NCBI GenBank assembly: GCA_965649765.1
Contig: OZ287752.1
Span: 12,958,001 to 13,022,000 of the forward strand
Direction: 5' to 3'
Length of the DNA: 64,000 nucleotides
DNA from: Bispira polyomma
Taxonomy: Eukaryota
The notes beneath the pieces are model-generated. The model was given only the letters and a program-made list of their open reading frames with translations. It was not told the DNA's origin and made no database searches. Position numbers and translations under genes: made by a program. Of the stretch, positions 39,501 to 52,000 are shown piece after piece (within the stretch, counting starts at the first letter, position 1; each line of letters opens with the position of its first letter).

Positions 39501-40395
39501 GTTACACCCTCAATTACACTACCTATGGTAGTGAGGCTAACAGAATCTGGGGCACCTGGAATAAATATGGTAATGTATATATATAATATATAGTTCAAAC
39601 ATTTTAATGTAACAAGAAAAATCAAAATATTTTATTTGATGTGACATTGTGGATTAATAAAAGCAATGTTAATATAAATTTTGACGTACATACTATTATA
39701 CTGCTTTATAAAACATATTTTTGTGAAATAATAATAGTTCAAAGTAGAGCTACTATACCCCATATTATCCCAGTCATATCCAACGCATTATTTCCTTGAT
39801 ATAGGTCTGGAGTCTGTATAGAACATTGATACTGTACACCATCGGTCAGTATGTTCACATCATTTACGGTCAGCCTGTGTTCTGTACCTTTGAACTCATA
39901 CTCTACATCTCTACCAATGAACGCATTCTCCAATTGACTCTGGTCCTGTGGTCCATAGTAACTGAACACACGACTTGAAGTAGCTTGATCATACCAGTCA
40001 AGTGTTCTTATGTCACTTTTAGGTAAACCAGAATCACAAACTAGGGTCATTGAGTCTCCGTGTAAGATGTAGAAAGTAGAGCCAGAAATGTAAGGACTTT
40101 CATAGTGTGCACTCACTGATACTTCTGCATATACTATTGACCTCTCTGAAATGGCAAGTTTGTGTAGAGTGATTACACATATTTGCTGGCTTCACTGAAT
40201 ACACATATGTGAACATGTATATGTTTAAGTAATATTGATCATGTAAGACAATATATGTTATAATCGTTACTAATCCTAAAATTAACACTAATAAATTAAC
40301 ACAATGCACATTATTAGATGTAATATAAATTATATGTTATATTTTAATTACTCACCGATGAAAAGTGTAAGCCAAAACAGACATTGGACCACCAT
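33520..40395 (-). CDS. IgSF type-I membrane receptor copy C, 11 exons, 831 aa: SP-V-Ig-Ig-Ig-Ig-FN3-FN3like-TM-tyrosine-motif tail (sidestep/nephrin-like architecture)
   Basis: Exons 40356-40395, 39759-40145, 39235-39555, 37182-37475, 36335-36619, 35920-36225, 35031-35324, 34234-34503, 33927-34087, 33687-33797, 33520-33546. All introns GT-AG, domain exons phase 1-1, total 2496 nt, no internal stop. Confidence 0.88.
33687..33797 (-). CDS. Copy C exon 10: cytoplasmic NQSPTTYENV...NYEM...EYTDLK
   Basis: 111 nt, phase 0-0, AAG|GTATGG donor. Confidence 0.8.
33927..34087 (-). CDS. Copy C exon 9: transmembrane
   Basis: GLIVGIAVLSTMVGFLTMALITLIVLF followed by RRR; TCA|GTAAGT donor. Confidence 0.85.
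34234..34503 (-). CDS. Copy C exon 8: membrane-proximal FN3-like domain
   Basis: 270 nt, phase 1-1; VVLYWEQ...Y...C....C...GEEYYLIIY. Confidence 0.8.
35031..35324 (-). CDS. Copy C exon 7: fibronectin type III domain
   Basis: VPEPP...SVTMSW...LLPDTEYFFRVQAQNQYGES. Confidence 0.9.
35920..36225 (-). CDS. Copy C exon 6: Ig domain lacking the canonical cysteines
   Basis: YPPIF...VTLIITVRAFP...FFWSK...SELVINTVQIEDYTEYTVTVTN. Confidence 0.85.
36335..36619 (-). CDS. Copy C exon 5: I-set-like Ig domain
   Basis: EGSELVIRC...GNP...W...DAGTYRCTAENTVG. Confidence 0.9.
37182..37475 (-). CDS. Copy C exon 4: Ig domain
   Basis: LTLTCEVDSNP...DDDGAQFYCRV. Confidence 0.9.
37704..37957 (+). mobile_element. 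tRNA-derived SINE (copy 2) in intron 3 of copy C
   Basis: A/B boxes and a short (attcaa)n tail. 13-bp TSD ttattgtaaatga at 37691-37703 and 37958-37970. Empty sites in copies A (~10491), B (~21247) and D (~46863). Confidence 0.92.
39235..39555 (-). CDS. Copy C exon 3: C-type (CD80-like C2) Ig domain
   Basis: IQCRVSSIYPG...YTV...LSFNRGQQGQGVQCEL. Confidence 0.88.
39759..40145 (-). CDS. Copy C exon 2: V-set Ig domain (class II)
   Basis: MTLVC...LDWY...HRLTVNDVNILTDGVQYQC; 387 nt, phase 1-1. Confidence 0.88.
40356..40395 (-). CDS. Copy C exon 1: signal peptide MVVQCLFWLTLFI
   Basis: G|GTGAGT donor; paralog at 54116-54155 (MMVQWLFWLTLFS). Confidence 0.8.
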
Positions 40396-41499
40396 ATTTA
40401 CTGGTTAAGAAATTATAAAAAAGTATTCATATTATTAGAATACATAAATCTATGTCCCTCGATGTGTGTGGTACATGTATTATGTTATATGTGGAACAAA
40501 TAAGGAAGTAAATAAATACTGGATATCCAAACGGATATCTTTATGTCAATAGGAATGTGAAGAAGGCAAATATTATACCTGACTGCGGGATATTTATATA
40601 TCCTGGGTTTAACATACAATAGTCTATTTCTTACACAAAATGAAGTAAGAAACAACATTCTTTGTTTCCCTTTAAAAATATTTGAATTCAAGTGTTTGCT
40701 GAAAAACTTTATTTGTTAATATAATTTATACTCTTTTGGTAAATTTTTTGGTTTCCATAAAATAATTCTCAATATTTACATCTGTACATTTTAAGTACAA
40801 CAGCAAAATACATACATGTAACCAGAAAAGCATATAATTAGCTATCAAAAAATACGAAGATTTTAAGGTGAAACTTACAAAGCACAATGTATAAGGCATC
40901 TATAATTTCGATGTAATTATTCATATACTGTTGAAAAATCTAGGCCCTAAAATGGTATTGTTAAAACATTAGGTTCAGGTCAAAAATAACGTTGGGGGAT
41001 TTATAAAGGTGCAAATTTATGGCAAATATAATAACATTATCATCAAAATAGGATTTTATCGCCTAAATAGCTAGATTAAATTAGATTTCTTTAGTGTCTT
41101 AAGCCACACATTTTAGGACCAAACACAACAATTTATGTTACTGCAATATTTAATTCCTAAATTATTTATATTATACATTGCATCACGAGATCTATGTGTA
41201 GAGTGTAAACTAATAATGGGCCCATAGCTAAAATAGTCTTTAAATTAGTCCATCTCATTAAACATTAGCAATAAAAGAAGTTGGTAATAATAGTGAAAGC
41301 TAAATTCAAAAGTATTTTTTTCGGCAGTATTATTTGCCACCACCTTAGATTTGTGTATTGGTGTCATACATGTGTGAACTATTCAGCCCTAAGAAATGAG
41401 AAATGTTTGCATTGTAGTACACATATGCCTTGTGAACTTTAAATTTAGGATGCATTCTGAAAACACTGTAATTTTAGGAAATGATCGACACAGAATGTG

Positions 41500-41790
41500 T
41501 TCAGCAGGTTACATTTGACCTTTGACTCCGGAATCAAGGTCAAATGGCTTATATCTTAATTATTATTGGTCCTTCACATTACGTGGCTGCATGAGAAACT
41601 GTTCAACAGGTAAAATTTAACCTTTGACTCCTCCTTGAAGGTCACAAGGCTGCCTCCATATGGATTTTATATATTGTTTATTATTGGTCAGAGAGATTTG
41701 GGATGTGAAACCAATTTGCTGGGATTCTTCTGAGAAGGTCAAATTTAACCCATTCTTCAAGTTCAAAGGCATGTGTCGATACTGGCTTGC
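41500..41790. repeat. Dispersed TGACCTTTGAC/CAAGGTCAAA-type repeat remnant (also ~4780-4890, ~55200-55370, ~62900-63330)
   Basis: Recurrent cagcaggtta...tttgacctttgac...caaggtcaaat modules; family not identified. Confidence 0.5.
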
Positions 41791-44700
41791 TTATTTTTTT
41801 AAAAACTGGTGAAACATTAAAAACTATATATTATTGTAGCTCTTATATTGCAGTTATAAATGATTTTGGAACACAAAAGAATACAATATTGTGTTGTATT
41901 TATTACCTTATTGATGCGAGAACCAACAAGAAAATTTGAAGAAATACATTTAAAGTCTTTTTTTTTCTAAACTCAGAAAGTGTTTCAAGTGATCTAAGCT
42001 TAACTGGGAGAATATTCCATAACATAATGGCAATGGAGAAAATCTCCAGATTCAGCCCTGTTGGTAGATTTCACAGTAGAAACAGAGAGTTTCTTTCCTT
42101 TCTTACGGTTGCTACAAGTTAGGAGGAACGTTGTGAGATGACAGCTTTGAATGTGGTTACATGGATTTAAAGCTAAATTTGATTGTGAATAAGAAGCAAA
42201 TGTAATTTGTTTCGGTAAAGAGAGATTTCAGTAAGGATGTACAGACAAAAAATGATTCTACACTTAGCTTCTAAGTATCTAAAGTTGCTATCATTAAGTA
42301 TATACACAGTTGTTATCATTGTTATATATGTTTCGGTTAAGTTCTGTTTTTCTGTACATCTGTAGGTTTCAAGCAGCAAATCTTCAGTTAATTGTTTCAT
42401 ATGTCACTTACTGCGATCACAATGTAAAACACATTTATAGCATCTGACTAAAAATAATTAATAAAGTTGAGTTAAAGGCGCTTTAAACACATCTTTGCAC
42501 AGTAAGTTTTGATATTTGCATGTAAGTATCCATTATTGGATGGCCATACCTTAAAATCTGTATACTCAGATAGTGGTGTTGGTTCTTCTGGGTTTGTCAT
42601 GTCAGAGTGGCCGATTTCATAGGTAGATGTTAAATTATCATATTTTGTTGCACTTTGATTCTAAAAAATATGTTACAATTAAATTATAGCATGTCACAAG
42701 AAGAAATATAAGTAATGTAAATTTAATAAAGAAAAGAACACACATTGCATTAACTCTGTTTCCAGTGATACAAGTATTTTAAGCATAAGGTTATGCTTCT
42801 TATGACTTACTGAAGTCTCTTTGGTGGTGTCACCATTGTGGTTTTGTTTTTTTCTCAACAATACAATCAGTATAATTAAGGCAACTGTGAGTAAACTAAT
42901 CATGATAGAGAGAACTCCTATTCCTGCTATTAGTCTGGTGTATTTCTTTACACAAAGATCTGCAGAATGGGCTGAAAAAAGAACTTTAAAATAAAGCTTA
43001 CAATTCTAAACAATAATCTTGTCAAATGATTACAAATCATGTACTTTTGTAGTGTAGACATTTTCTTATCCCATATGACAGAGATGGTGTCTTTCACAGG
43101 TCAACATACTTTTGTCAGTCATTCTAAATTTCTGGGCCATTACTTCATCGGTATCCCGATATATTACAAGGTAAAACTCCTCTCCATCATATACTGTGTC
43201 CACTGTATATATTGTATGATTGGCATCAGTAATATTGTAAATTGAAATGCAATTTTGTCTTCCATTGTTACACTTCAATAAAGCAGCTCTTGTGTAGTTT
43301 CCATCTGTGTGTTGCCAGTACAAGACCACAACATCTTCACATATGTTTGCCTTCAATAACCCTCTCACTGATGGTAGACCTTAGATAAAGTAAAAATAAT
43401 AACCAAAACTCTAAGGTAAATGATGTAATTGTTATTCAAATGTATTTATTTACTGGTATTTAAAGTGTTTTTTGACTCCTCAAGTACAGCAAATCAGTGA
43501 GTGGTGATCATTACCAATTGGTGTCTATGTCATATATAGAAATATCATAACATAGCATATTCAGTAAAAAAACTATTTTTGGAATATATTTGAGTTTTAT
43601 AGCTCCTTGATTAAAAATATACATTTATTGAATAATAATAGTTGCATAGCTAAATACATGCTGGTACCTAAAGTTGTAACTGATATCTCTGGCTGGTGAT
43701 CACTTTCACCATATTGGTTTTGAGCTTGAACCCTAAAGAAGTACTCTGTATCAGGTAATAAATTTGACACTTTGTACATAGTTCTCTTGCTATGTTCACT
43801 GGTCTGAATTCCATCATAATACATTATTTTAGTGTCCCCTTGATGCCTGTAATACACTGTGAATGTTTGTTCTACAGGACTCCTGCCTGCAATCCATGAC
43901 ATAGTCACTGATATGGCAGTCATTGAGTTCAATATTAAGGAATGTAGCAAGTAATATTTATACCAAACATTAACTTCTTTTACCAGTGATATATATTCTT
44001 AATATAAATATCAGACATTTATAATGTTGTAGCAATTCAAATGCATCTCAGTCAATTGAGCAAGGCGTTAGGATTGACAACTACACTACCATTTTAACCT
44101 GTCTAGCCAGGTGGTAACGAGAAACTAGTGTTCCTAATAACAACTACAAATGTTAACTATTTCAAATAGTCCTTTAACCAGGGGCCAAAACTGTTCACCA
44201 TGTGTTCCAAAAAAAGTTGCCTGGTCGAACATTTGTTCGTTTAAAGTCCATGATTTTTTAGATACAATCAAAAAACATTTGCAGGATGAAACAGATTACA
44301 TATTTTATGAACCCTAAAAAAATTAAATCAAATTTAAAAATTGACCATAGTGTAACAAACCTCAAGTACATCAATATCATAAAATAGCATATTTAGTATA
44401 TAAATAATATGGAGAATATATTCTAGTTTCATAGTCCCTTGGTCAAAAATACATTGATTGAACAATAATAGCTGCATAGCTAAATACAGGCTGGTACCTA
44501 AAGTTGTAACTGATATCTCTGGCTGGTGATCACCTTCCCCATATTGGTTTTGAGCTTGAACCCTAAAGAAGTACTCTGTATCAGGTGATAAATTTGACAC
44601 TTTGTACATAGTTCTCTTGCTATGTTCACTGGTCTGAATTCCATCATAATACAGTATTTTAGTGTCCCCGTGATGCCTGTAATACCCTATAAATGTTTGT

Positions 44701-47700
44701 TTTACAAAACTCCTGCCGGCAATCTATGACATAGTCACTGATATGGCAGTTATTGACTCAAAAATAAAGGAATGTGGTGGTTCTGGGAAACCTGAAACAC
44801 ATGCAATAGAAAACATTTACCAATAAACATAAGTAACACTAAAAATGTTAGTAATTAACCATATTAAAACTCAGTATGAGGGATTCGTTCACTACAATTT
44901 TGTATCGTTCTGTTAGCATACACAAATGTCATACTGGCAATTACTGGCATGTGGTAACGAGAAACTAGTGTCACTGATCACAACTACGAATGATAACTAT
45001 TACAAATGGTCCATTAACCAGGGGCCAAAACTGTTCACCATTTGTTAAAAAAAAGCTGCCCAGTCGAATATTTGTTTGTTTAAAGTCCCTGACCCTGGTG
45101 TTCTAAATACAATCAGAATACATTTGCAGGATGGAACAGATTACATATGTTATGAACCCTAGAAAATTCAATTTAAATATTGACCATAGTGAAACAAACC
45201 TCTTTCCAGTAACTCCACCAAAAAACTAACAGGCTGTTGAATACCATAAGTCACAGTAACTGTATATGCTGTGTAGTCTTCTATTTGTACAGTATTTATT
45301 ACAAGTTCTGTAATAAATACTTCACCACTTGTTTTTCTTAAATTTACACCATCAGTGATATGTGATCCACCCTCTTTGCTCTAGATAAAGGCTGCTTCCA
45401 CATCACTAAACTCAGGAAAAGCTCTCACTGTGACATTAAGAGTGACTTGTTGATTTAGTCCAGCATCGAAAACCCCAGTATCTCTACTGAGAAGAAGTGG
45501 TGGATCTGTAGGTACAGCGATATAAATGTAGTACAACAAATGTTAAAGACATAGTTGGACATGGTAGACCATTCATTGCAATGTAATTCCTACAGCACAC
45601 CTATATAGTTACTTACAATCTACAACAACCTGTATCCCTCTTGTATCATTCTCCACTGTATTCCCTGCAGTAAATCTATAAGTCCCTGCATCAGTGTACA
45701 CTGCTTTCTCTATAATCAGCTCTGTGTTTTCTCTTTGATCTAGTAGAGCCTGAGATGTGGCATCTTCATATTTAGGTTCAAACTCACAGAATTGGTTTGT
45801 GATTTCCGCAGGATTACTAACCTTAAAGTTACAGCGAATAACAAGTTCTGATGCTTCTTCTATGGTGAATGATGCATTTTCAGCTGCTATGTCTGGAGGA
45901 TCTAATTGAAACAGAAAAAAGAACATTACAATAAACATTTAAGTTAATACAAAATATGGTTATAAGACATGTAATGATCAGGTTATAATTTTTTAAAACA
46001 TTTAACGGCAGAAACATTTGCAGATCTATTACATCTGATGACCTGCAATACTTACATTATAATGAAAAGTTTTAAAATATAACGTGTGTTGTTTTATTGT
46101 TGCTAAATTCAACAGGTTTACTTTTTCTTCAGTAACTGTTTCAAAATAATTCCTGACTAATAAACTTTTAATTGATGTGGAGTTTACTATGGGATGTGGT
46201 AAAATATTGTGTCAATGACATCACTATTTAGAAGCCCAACATGATATGAATGACAGGTGACATGTAGTAAGTGACTTTTCATTCCTAAAAGTAGAAAATG
46301 AGAATAGGTTTACATGTCTATTAAATCCAAAATATGTAATTCTTCCAGCACTATATAATTATAATAGATGAAACTTACACAATATACTAATTCTCAGCCT
46401 TTTAGACTCAACATTAAATGTCCACCCTGAGTGCATATTATTGTCATCAACTCTGCAGTAAAACTGGGCTCCATCATCATCCTTGTCAACAGTGATACTC
46501 CAGTGTTTTTGCTATCTCTACTGCTAGATGTACAGTTGTTCCAAGTCTGAACAACTTTAATCAACCTGCAGGATTACTGTCTGCTTCACAAGTGAAGGTC
46601 AACAGAGAGTTCTCATTTACTGTTGAGGATGGAGAGGCTGCAGGTTTACTCACTGATGATGGTACATCTGGAATTTGAATAGTACTTAAATGAATAAGGC
46701 ACAATATTACCCTGAAAACCATTATGAACCTACTAATTGATATCAACATTTAGTATAGCAAACTTCGACTGCAAAGGTATGATTTAAGCCTTCATGAGTG
46801 TTCAATGTGTATTAGTTGTTCTGATTAGAGAAACATAAAAAGATGGTAATATAAACAAAAGTTTATTGTAAATGAGAAATTCCAGCTACCACACCAACCA
46901 AGTCAAGGTCTGTTATTTCGTCGATAATGTGCAGTCACCCAGTTAAAGTCACCCTTAAGTGACTTCAGTTCACAAAAACACCCACTACTCTAGTTTGTGT
47001 TGTAGGCTAGGGGCCACTGTGGTCTCTGTTATATATTAGACAACAGTTGACCAAATTGATAAAACATTAAGAACAGAATCTGTGCTCGTTGAGTATTCTC
47101 ATATTCATCTTTAGCTGGCATTCAAACCACTAGTTATTTTATTTTACTTCTGAACACTCATTTATCTTCCATTTACCATTTTTAAATTCCAAATTCTAGT
47201 CATGGAGCGATATAAGTGTAGTCATGTCATGTATTTTTTATCATGGAATAGGGAAAGAGTACCAGTCAAATTGATATGCCAAGGCAGGCTGATGCTTAAA
47301 AAGTTGTATTCTACAAACCAGAATATGACCACTAGTAGAAAACTACTTCGAACAAGTTCAAACTATATACAGTGTGTTAAAAAGATACACCGTCTCAGAA
47401 GAATAACATAAGTCTGGGGGACTTTTAAATCCATATGCATACCACCTGCCTGTGATAACATCCATGCAGCTAGGTATTGTAAACTCATATACAGGAAAAA
47501 TGCCTGACTGAGGCCTCAGGCCCTTATGCACTTCCCCACCCCAGCAATGTACCTACAGTCTCGAGCAATGTTGTTATTTGAGATAAAATATTGGAGATTG
47601 ATTAAATATGTGCTATGTGTCATATTAAAACAAGTACCATTTTCGGACAGAACTTAGAACTTGTAACAACCAATATAGAAAGCCTTATACAAGCACATTA

Positions 47701-49024
47701 TGACATCATATTTACAGGTGTCAATATACACCCATATACACCATTTAAAGCTGCAACACTATTTATTAATTAAGCAATACTTGCTTCCTCGTTATTATTT
47801 TGTTAGATCATATTTCCAGGATAGGTTTTAAAAGCCCCATGAAAAGGACATTATAAACATTTTATGTAAAGCACTACTTTGTGATTTGGTAGCTCTACAT
47901 AGTTTTCATATCATATTTTCATGTTTTATCATGGTTATTAGCTTCATGTCTAACACACCACTAAGTGACATATTAGTTTGTTGATGACACACTAATAAAC
48001 ACAATTCTTAAAGAGTGAGCTCTCGCCTCACACAGGAGAGCTATGAAAAACCACTTCATGGCATACTTACAGTACACATCTAGGGTTTCAGTGTTTGATG
48101 TTTTCAATACTTCGATTTGTCCAACACCCCAAGTTAGTTCACACTGTACTCCTTGACCATGCTGACCACGGTTAAAGCTCAGTGTCTGTATATAAGTCAC
48201 TGTATAAGCTAGTACATTACTCTCCTCACTCTCTGTCTCAACACCTCCACTGTGGTACTCACTTCCTACTTGTATTCTGAAGTCTGCCTTCATTTTACCT
48301 GGATAGATGGAGGACACTCTACAGTGGATAATTTGGGTTGCACCCTCAATTACCACTACCTATGATAGTGAGGCTCACAGAATCGTAATTGTAATGTATA
48401 AAAATAAAAATCATAATATTTTATTTGATGTGACATTGTGGATTAATAAAAGCAATGTTAATATAAATTTTGACGTATATACTATTATACTGCTTCATAA
48501 AACATATTTTTATAGAATAAGAATAGTTTAAAGTAGAGCTACTGTACCCCATATTTTCCCAGTCAAATCCAACGCATTATTTCCTTCATATAGGTCTGGA
48601 GTCTGTATATAACAATGATACTGTAAACCATCGGTCAGTATGTTCACATCATTTACGGTCAGCCTGTGTTCTGTACCTTTGAACTCGTACTCTACATCTC
48701 TCCCAATGAACTTATTCACCAATTGACTCCTGTTCTGTGGTCCATAGTAAGTAAACACACGATGTGAAGTAGCTTGACTATACCAGTCAAGTGTTCTTAT
48801 GTCACTTTTAGGTAAACCAGAATCACAAACTAGGGTCTTTGAGTCTCCGTGTAAGATGTAGAAAGTAGAGCCAGAACTGCAAGGACTTTCATAGTGAGTA
48901 CTCACTGATACTTCTGCATATACTACTGACCTCTCTGAAATGACAAGTTTATGTAGAGTTATTAAGCATATTTGCTAGCTTCACTGAATACACATGTGTG
49001 TACATGTATACGTTGAGTAATATT

Positions 49025-52000
49025 ATTATTTTTTTTTTTATTTTTGTCCTCATTTACATTATAATTACATACATTGTTTTCATACATAGAATATATAATT
49101 ATGGTTTCTTTTGTTACGGCTAAAGCCTATACATTTACATATTATTATTAATCCTCCTGACCAGGCAACTATTTAACTGTTCTAAGTTAAAGTCAAGAAA
49201 CCATATATTGACTTAATACAGAACTTATTTGTTTTCCATTTGTTCACTTTTACACTAGACAACACAGTGCCACATTTTGTCAGAGGCATTTTACTTGTAG
49301 TTTACAGAGAGAAGATTGGCTCCCACTTAATCCAAGATGTTTTAAATTTTTCTGCCTTATCCTGCAGCTGACATATTAAGAATTCATCGCAGTATAGCGC
49401 TTTTAATTTCTGTTTTAAGGCCTTTAAGGAGAGTCTTCCATTTTGATTGGTGGAATCAAAAATACACTTCTTTACTGTCATAATTAAAGCATTCACAGGG
49501 ACATTATTTTGGTCGTTCAACTGGTAGCCAAAGATTATTGTAAAGTCAGTAAAATTGACCTTAACTTTTATGATTTCATTTATATGTTCCGCAATAATTC
49601 TCCAAAACTTTTTTATTTCAGAGCATTCAACAAACATGTGCATCAAGGTTTCGTTTTCCATATTCCATCTAGCACAATGTGTATTATCAACAACATTTAA
49701 TTTCTTTAGATAGTTTCTCGTAGCTATCAATCTGTAAATTATTTTAAGCTGAAACCAAGTCAGACTATTATTGGTAATTGTCTTAAAGCAAAATCTAAAT
49801 ATGGCCCTCCAAGTTATATCGTTAATGTTTGTTTTTAAGTCAATATTCCATTTTAGTTTCATGTTATGGTTGTTTGTATCATTTATATTTAAGCATCGAT
49901 AAAAATCTTGTGCTAGATTTATACAAAATTTTGGAGTGACCAGGGAGAAAGGGTCTTTTAACTATATGACCTGTATTTATCCTTTTTCTTTTGATATATT
50001 CTTTGACATTGAGTTTCATTTGATGATATTGTAGATAGTTCTTCTTATCGAGACTGTAAATGTCTTTAAGTTTATCTAATGTCAAGAAAGATCCTGATTT
50101 ATTCAAAATGTCAGAAATTATCAATATTCCACTTTTAAACCATTCTGGTATTATAAGGGTCACACTTGATATTTCACTAATAAACCATAAAGGGCTTGCC
50201 AGTGCCTCCTCGTCTGTAAGCGCATGCTGGTTAATCAAAGATTCCCAGGCCTCGAAAACTTCTATCCAAAAAAATGTTTGAGATTTTTCCTTTCACATAC
50301 TTTAAATGAAGTTTTCAACCTTTTCATGTATACTAGCTTTGAAAAAGTCAACCTACGGGGAATTTGATCGAAGCAGTCTACGAAACCATGTGACCTTAAG
50401 GAAATTTATAGATTTTACCAATTTTATCATTTTTAGGCCTCCAATATTGTTGTCCAATGAAAGTACACTTCTGTTTATCTTGTCTGGTTTGTTATTCCAT
50501 ATAAATTTAAACAAGATAGAATTTAACTGGTCCAATAAAGATTCCTTTGGCATTGGTAGGCTTAACAATATATGATTGAGTTTAGCCAGTAGAAAGGTCT
50601 TTACAACAGTTATTTTACCCATTGGGGTCAAATTCCTTTTATTCCAGTAGTTAATACTGCCCTTGATTTCAAGAATTTTTGAGTGGTAGTTTAGTTTTGG
50701 CATGTGATCCAAATCGACAGAGAAGATCAAACCCAAAAGATCAAAAACAGTTACTCCCCAATCGAATAAACCCTTAGATAGTTTATCTTTGGAATGTCTT
50801 TTCTTACCAATCCATATTAATTTAGTTTTATCGGTGTTGATCCTTAAACCTGAGATTGTTCCAAAAATTTCGAGTGTGTTTAAAGCTGCTTCAAAAGAGA
50901 CATCGGTCCCATCCAAAAATAAGGCAGTATCATCAGCAAATTGTGTTAGTCTAAATTCGGTATTACCTACAGATAAACCTTTAATTTTTGGATTATTGGT
51001 TATTAAGAGACTTAAGACCTGGGTTGCTATTATAAACAAATAAGGTGATATAGGATCACCTTGCCTACAACCTCGTTGGATTTCAATAAAGTCTGACATA
51101 AAACCACTTTGCAAAATTGTTGCTTTGATATTATTATTAAAAAGGTAGATCCAATTCAAAAATTGTGGACTGAATCCTAAACAGCTTAGTATTTTGTACA
51201 AAAACTGCCAAGAGATAGAATCGAAGGCCTTTTCAAAATCTATCAACATAAGTAGCCCAGATATGCCATTGCTTTCTGCATAATGCATTAGGTCGTACAC
51301 TAAACGTGTGCATTCTCCTATGTATCTTCCTGGAATAAAGCCATTCTGACTATTATCTATCAAAAAATCCAAGACTGGTTTAATTCTATTTGCAATAACG
51401 GCTGAGGCTAATTTATACACTACTGACAGCATTGATAGAGGATGCCAGTTTTTTAGGTACTCTTTAGGTTTGCCTTTTTTTGGAAGGCAAGTATTTACAC
51501 ATTGTCTTAATGATAGCGATAGAACACCTTTTTCAAAACTGAAGTTTAATGCAGGTAATAATCAGTTTCCAAGTGACCTCCAGAAAACTTTAAAAAATTC
51601 CGCAGGAAATTCATCAATACCTGGTGTTTTGTTGTTTTTCGTATGTTTCAAGGCATTGCTCAATTCATTATAAGTCAGTGGGCCTTCCAAGGATTTAGAC
51701 TGTGTTACAGTAAGCTTTTTGGCCTTATAAGTACCAAGTAATGTGTCAAGATCAGTTTTTTTGAGTTGGTCATCTCTGGAATGAAACAGCCTACTATAAA
51801 ATGATTTTAATTCATTTAGGATCTCTTTCTGATGTGTCACCAGAACACCATTAGCTTTTACAACTCTTTTTACTGTCTTTTCAATATAGTTTTGATGTTC
51901 GAGAGCACAAAAGAATTTGGTAGGTCTTTCACCTTCAACTAGCCATTGAACCCGGGATCTTATCTTTTGACCTTTTAAGGCCTCATTTCTTAGGATCTCA

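Noticed and set aside
33520-40395. Assigning a gene symbol (nephrin, sidestep, hemicentin, Alr)
   Set aside because: Similarity is architectural only; orthology cannot be shown without searches.
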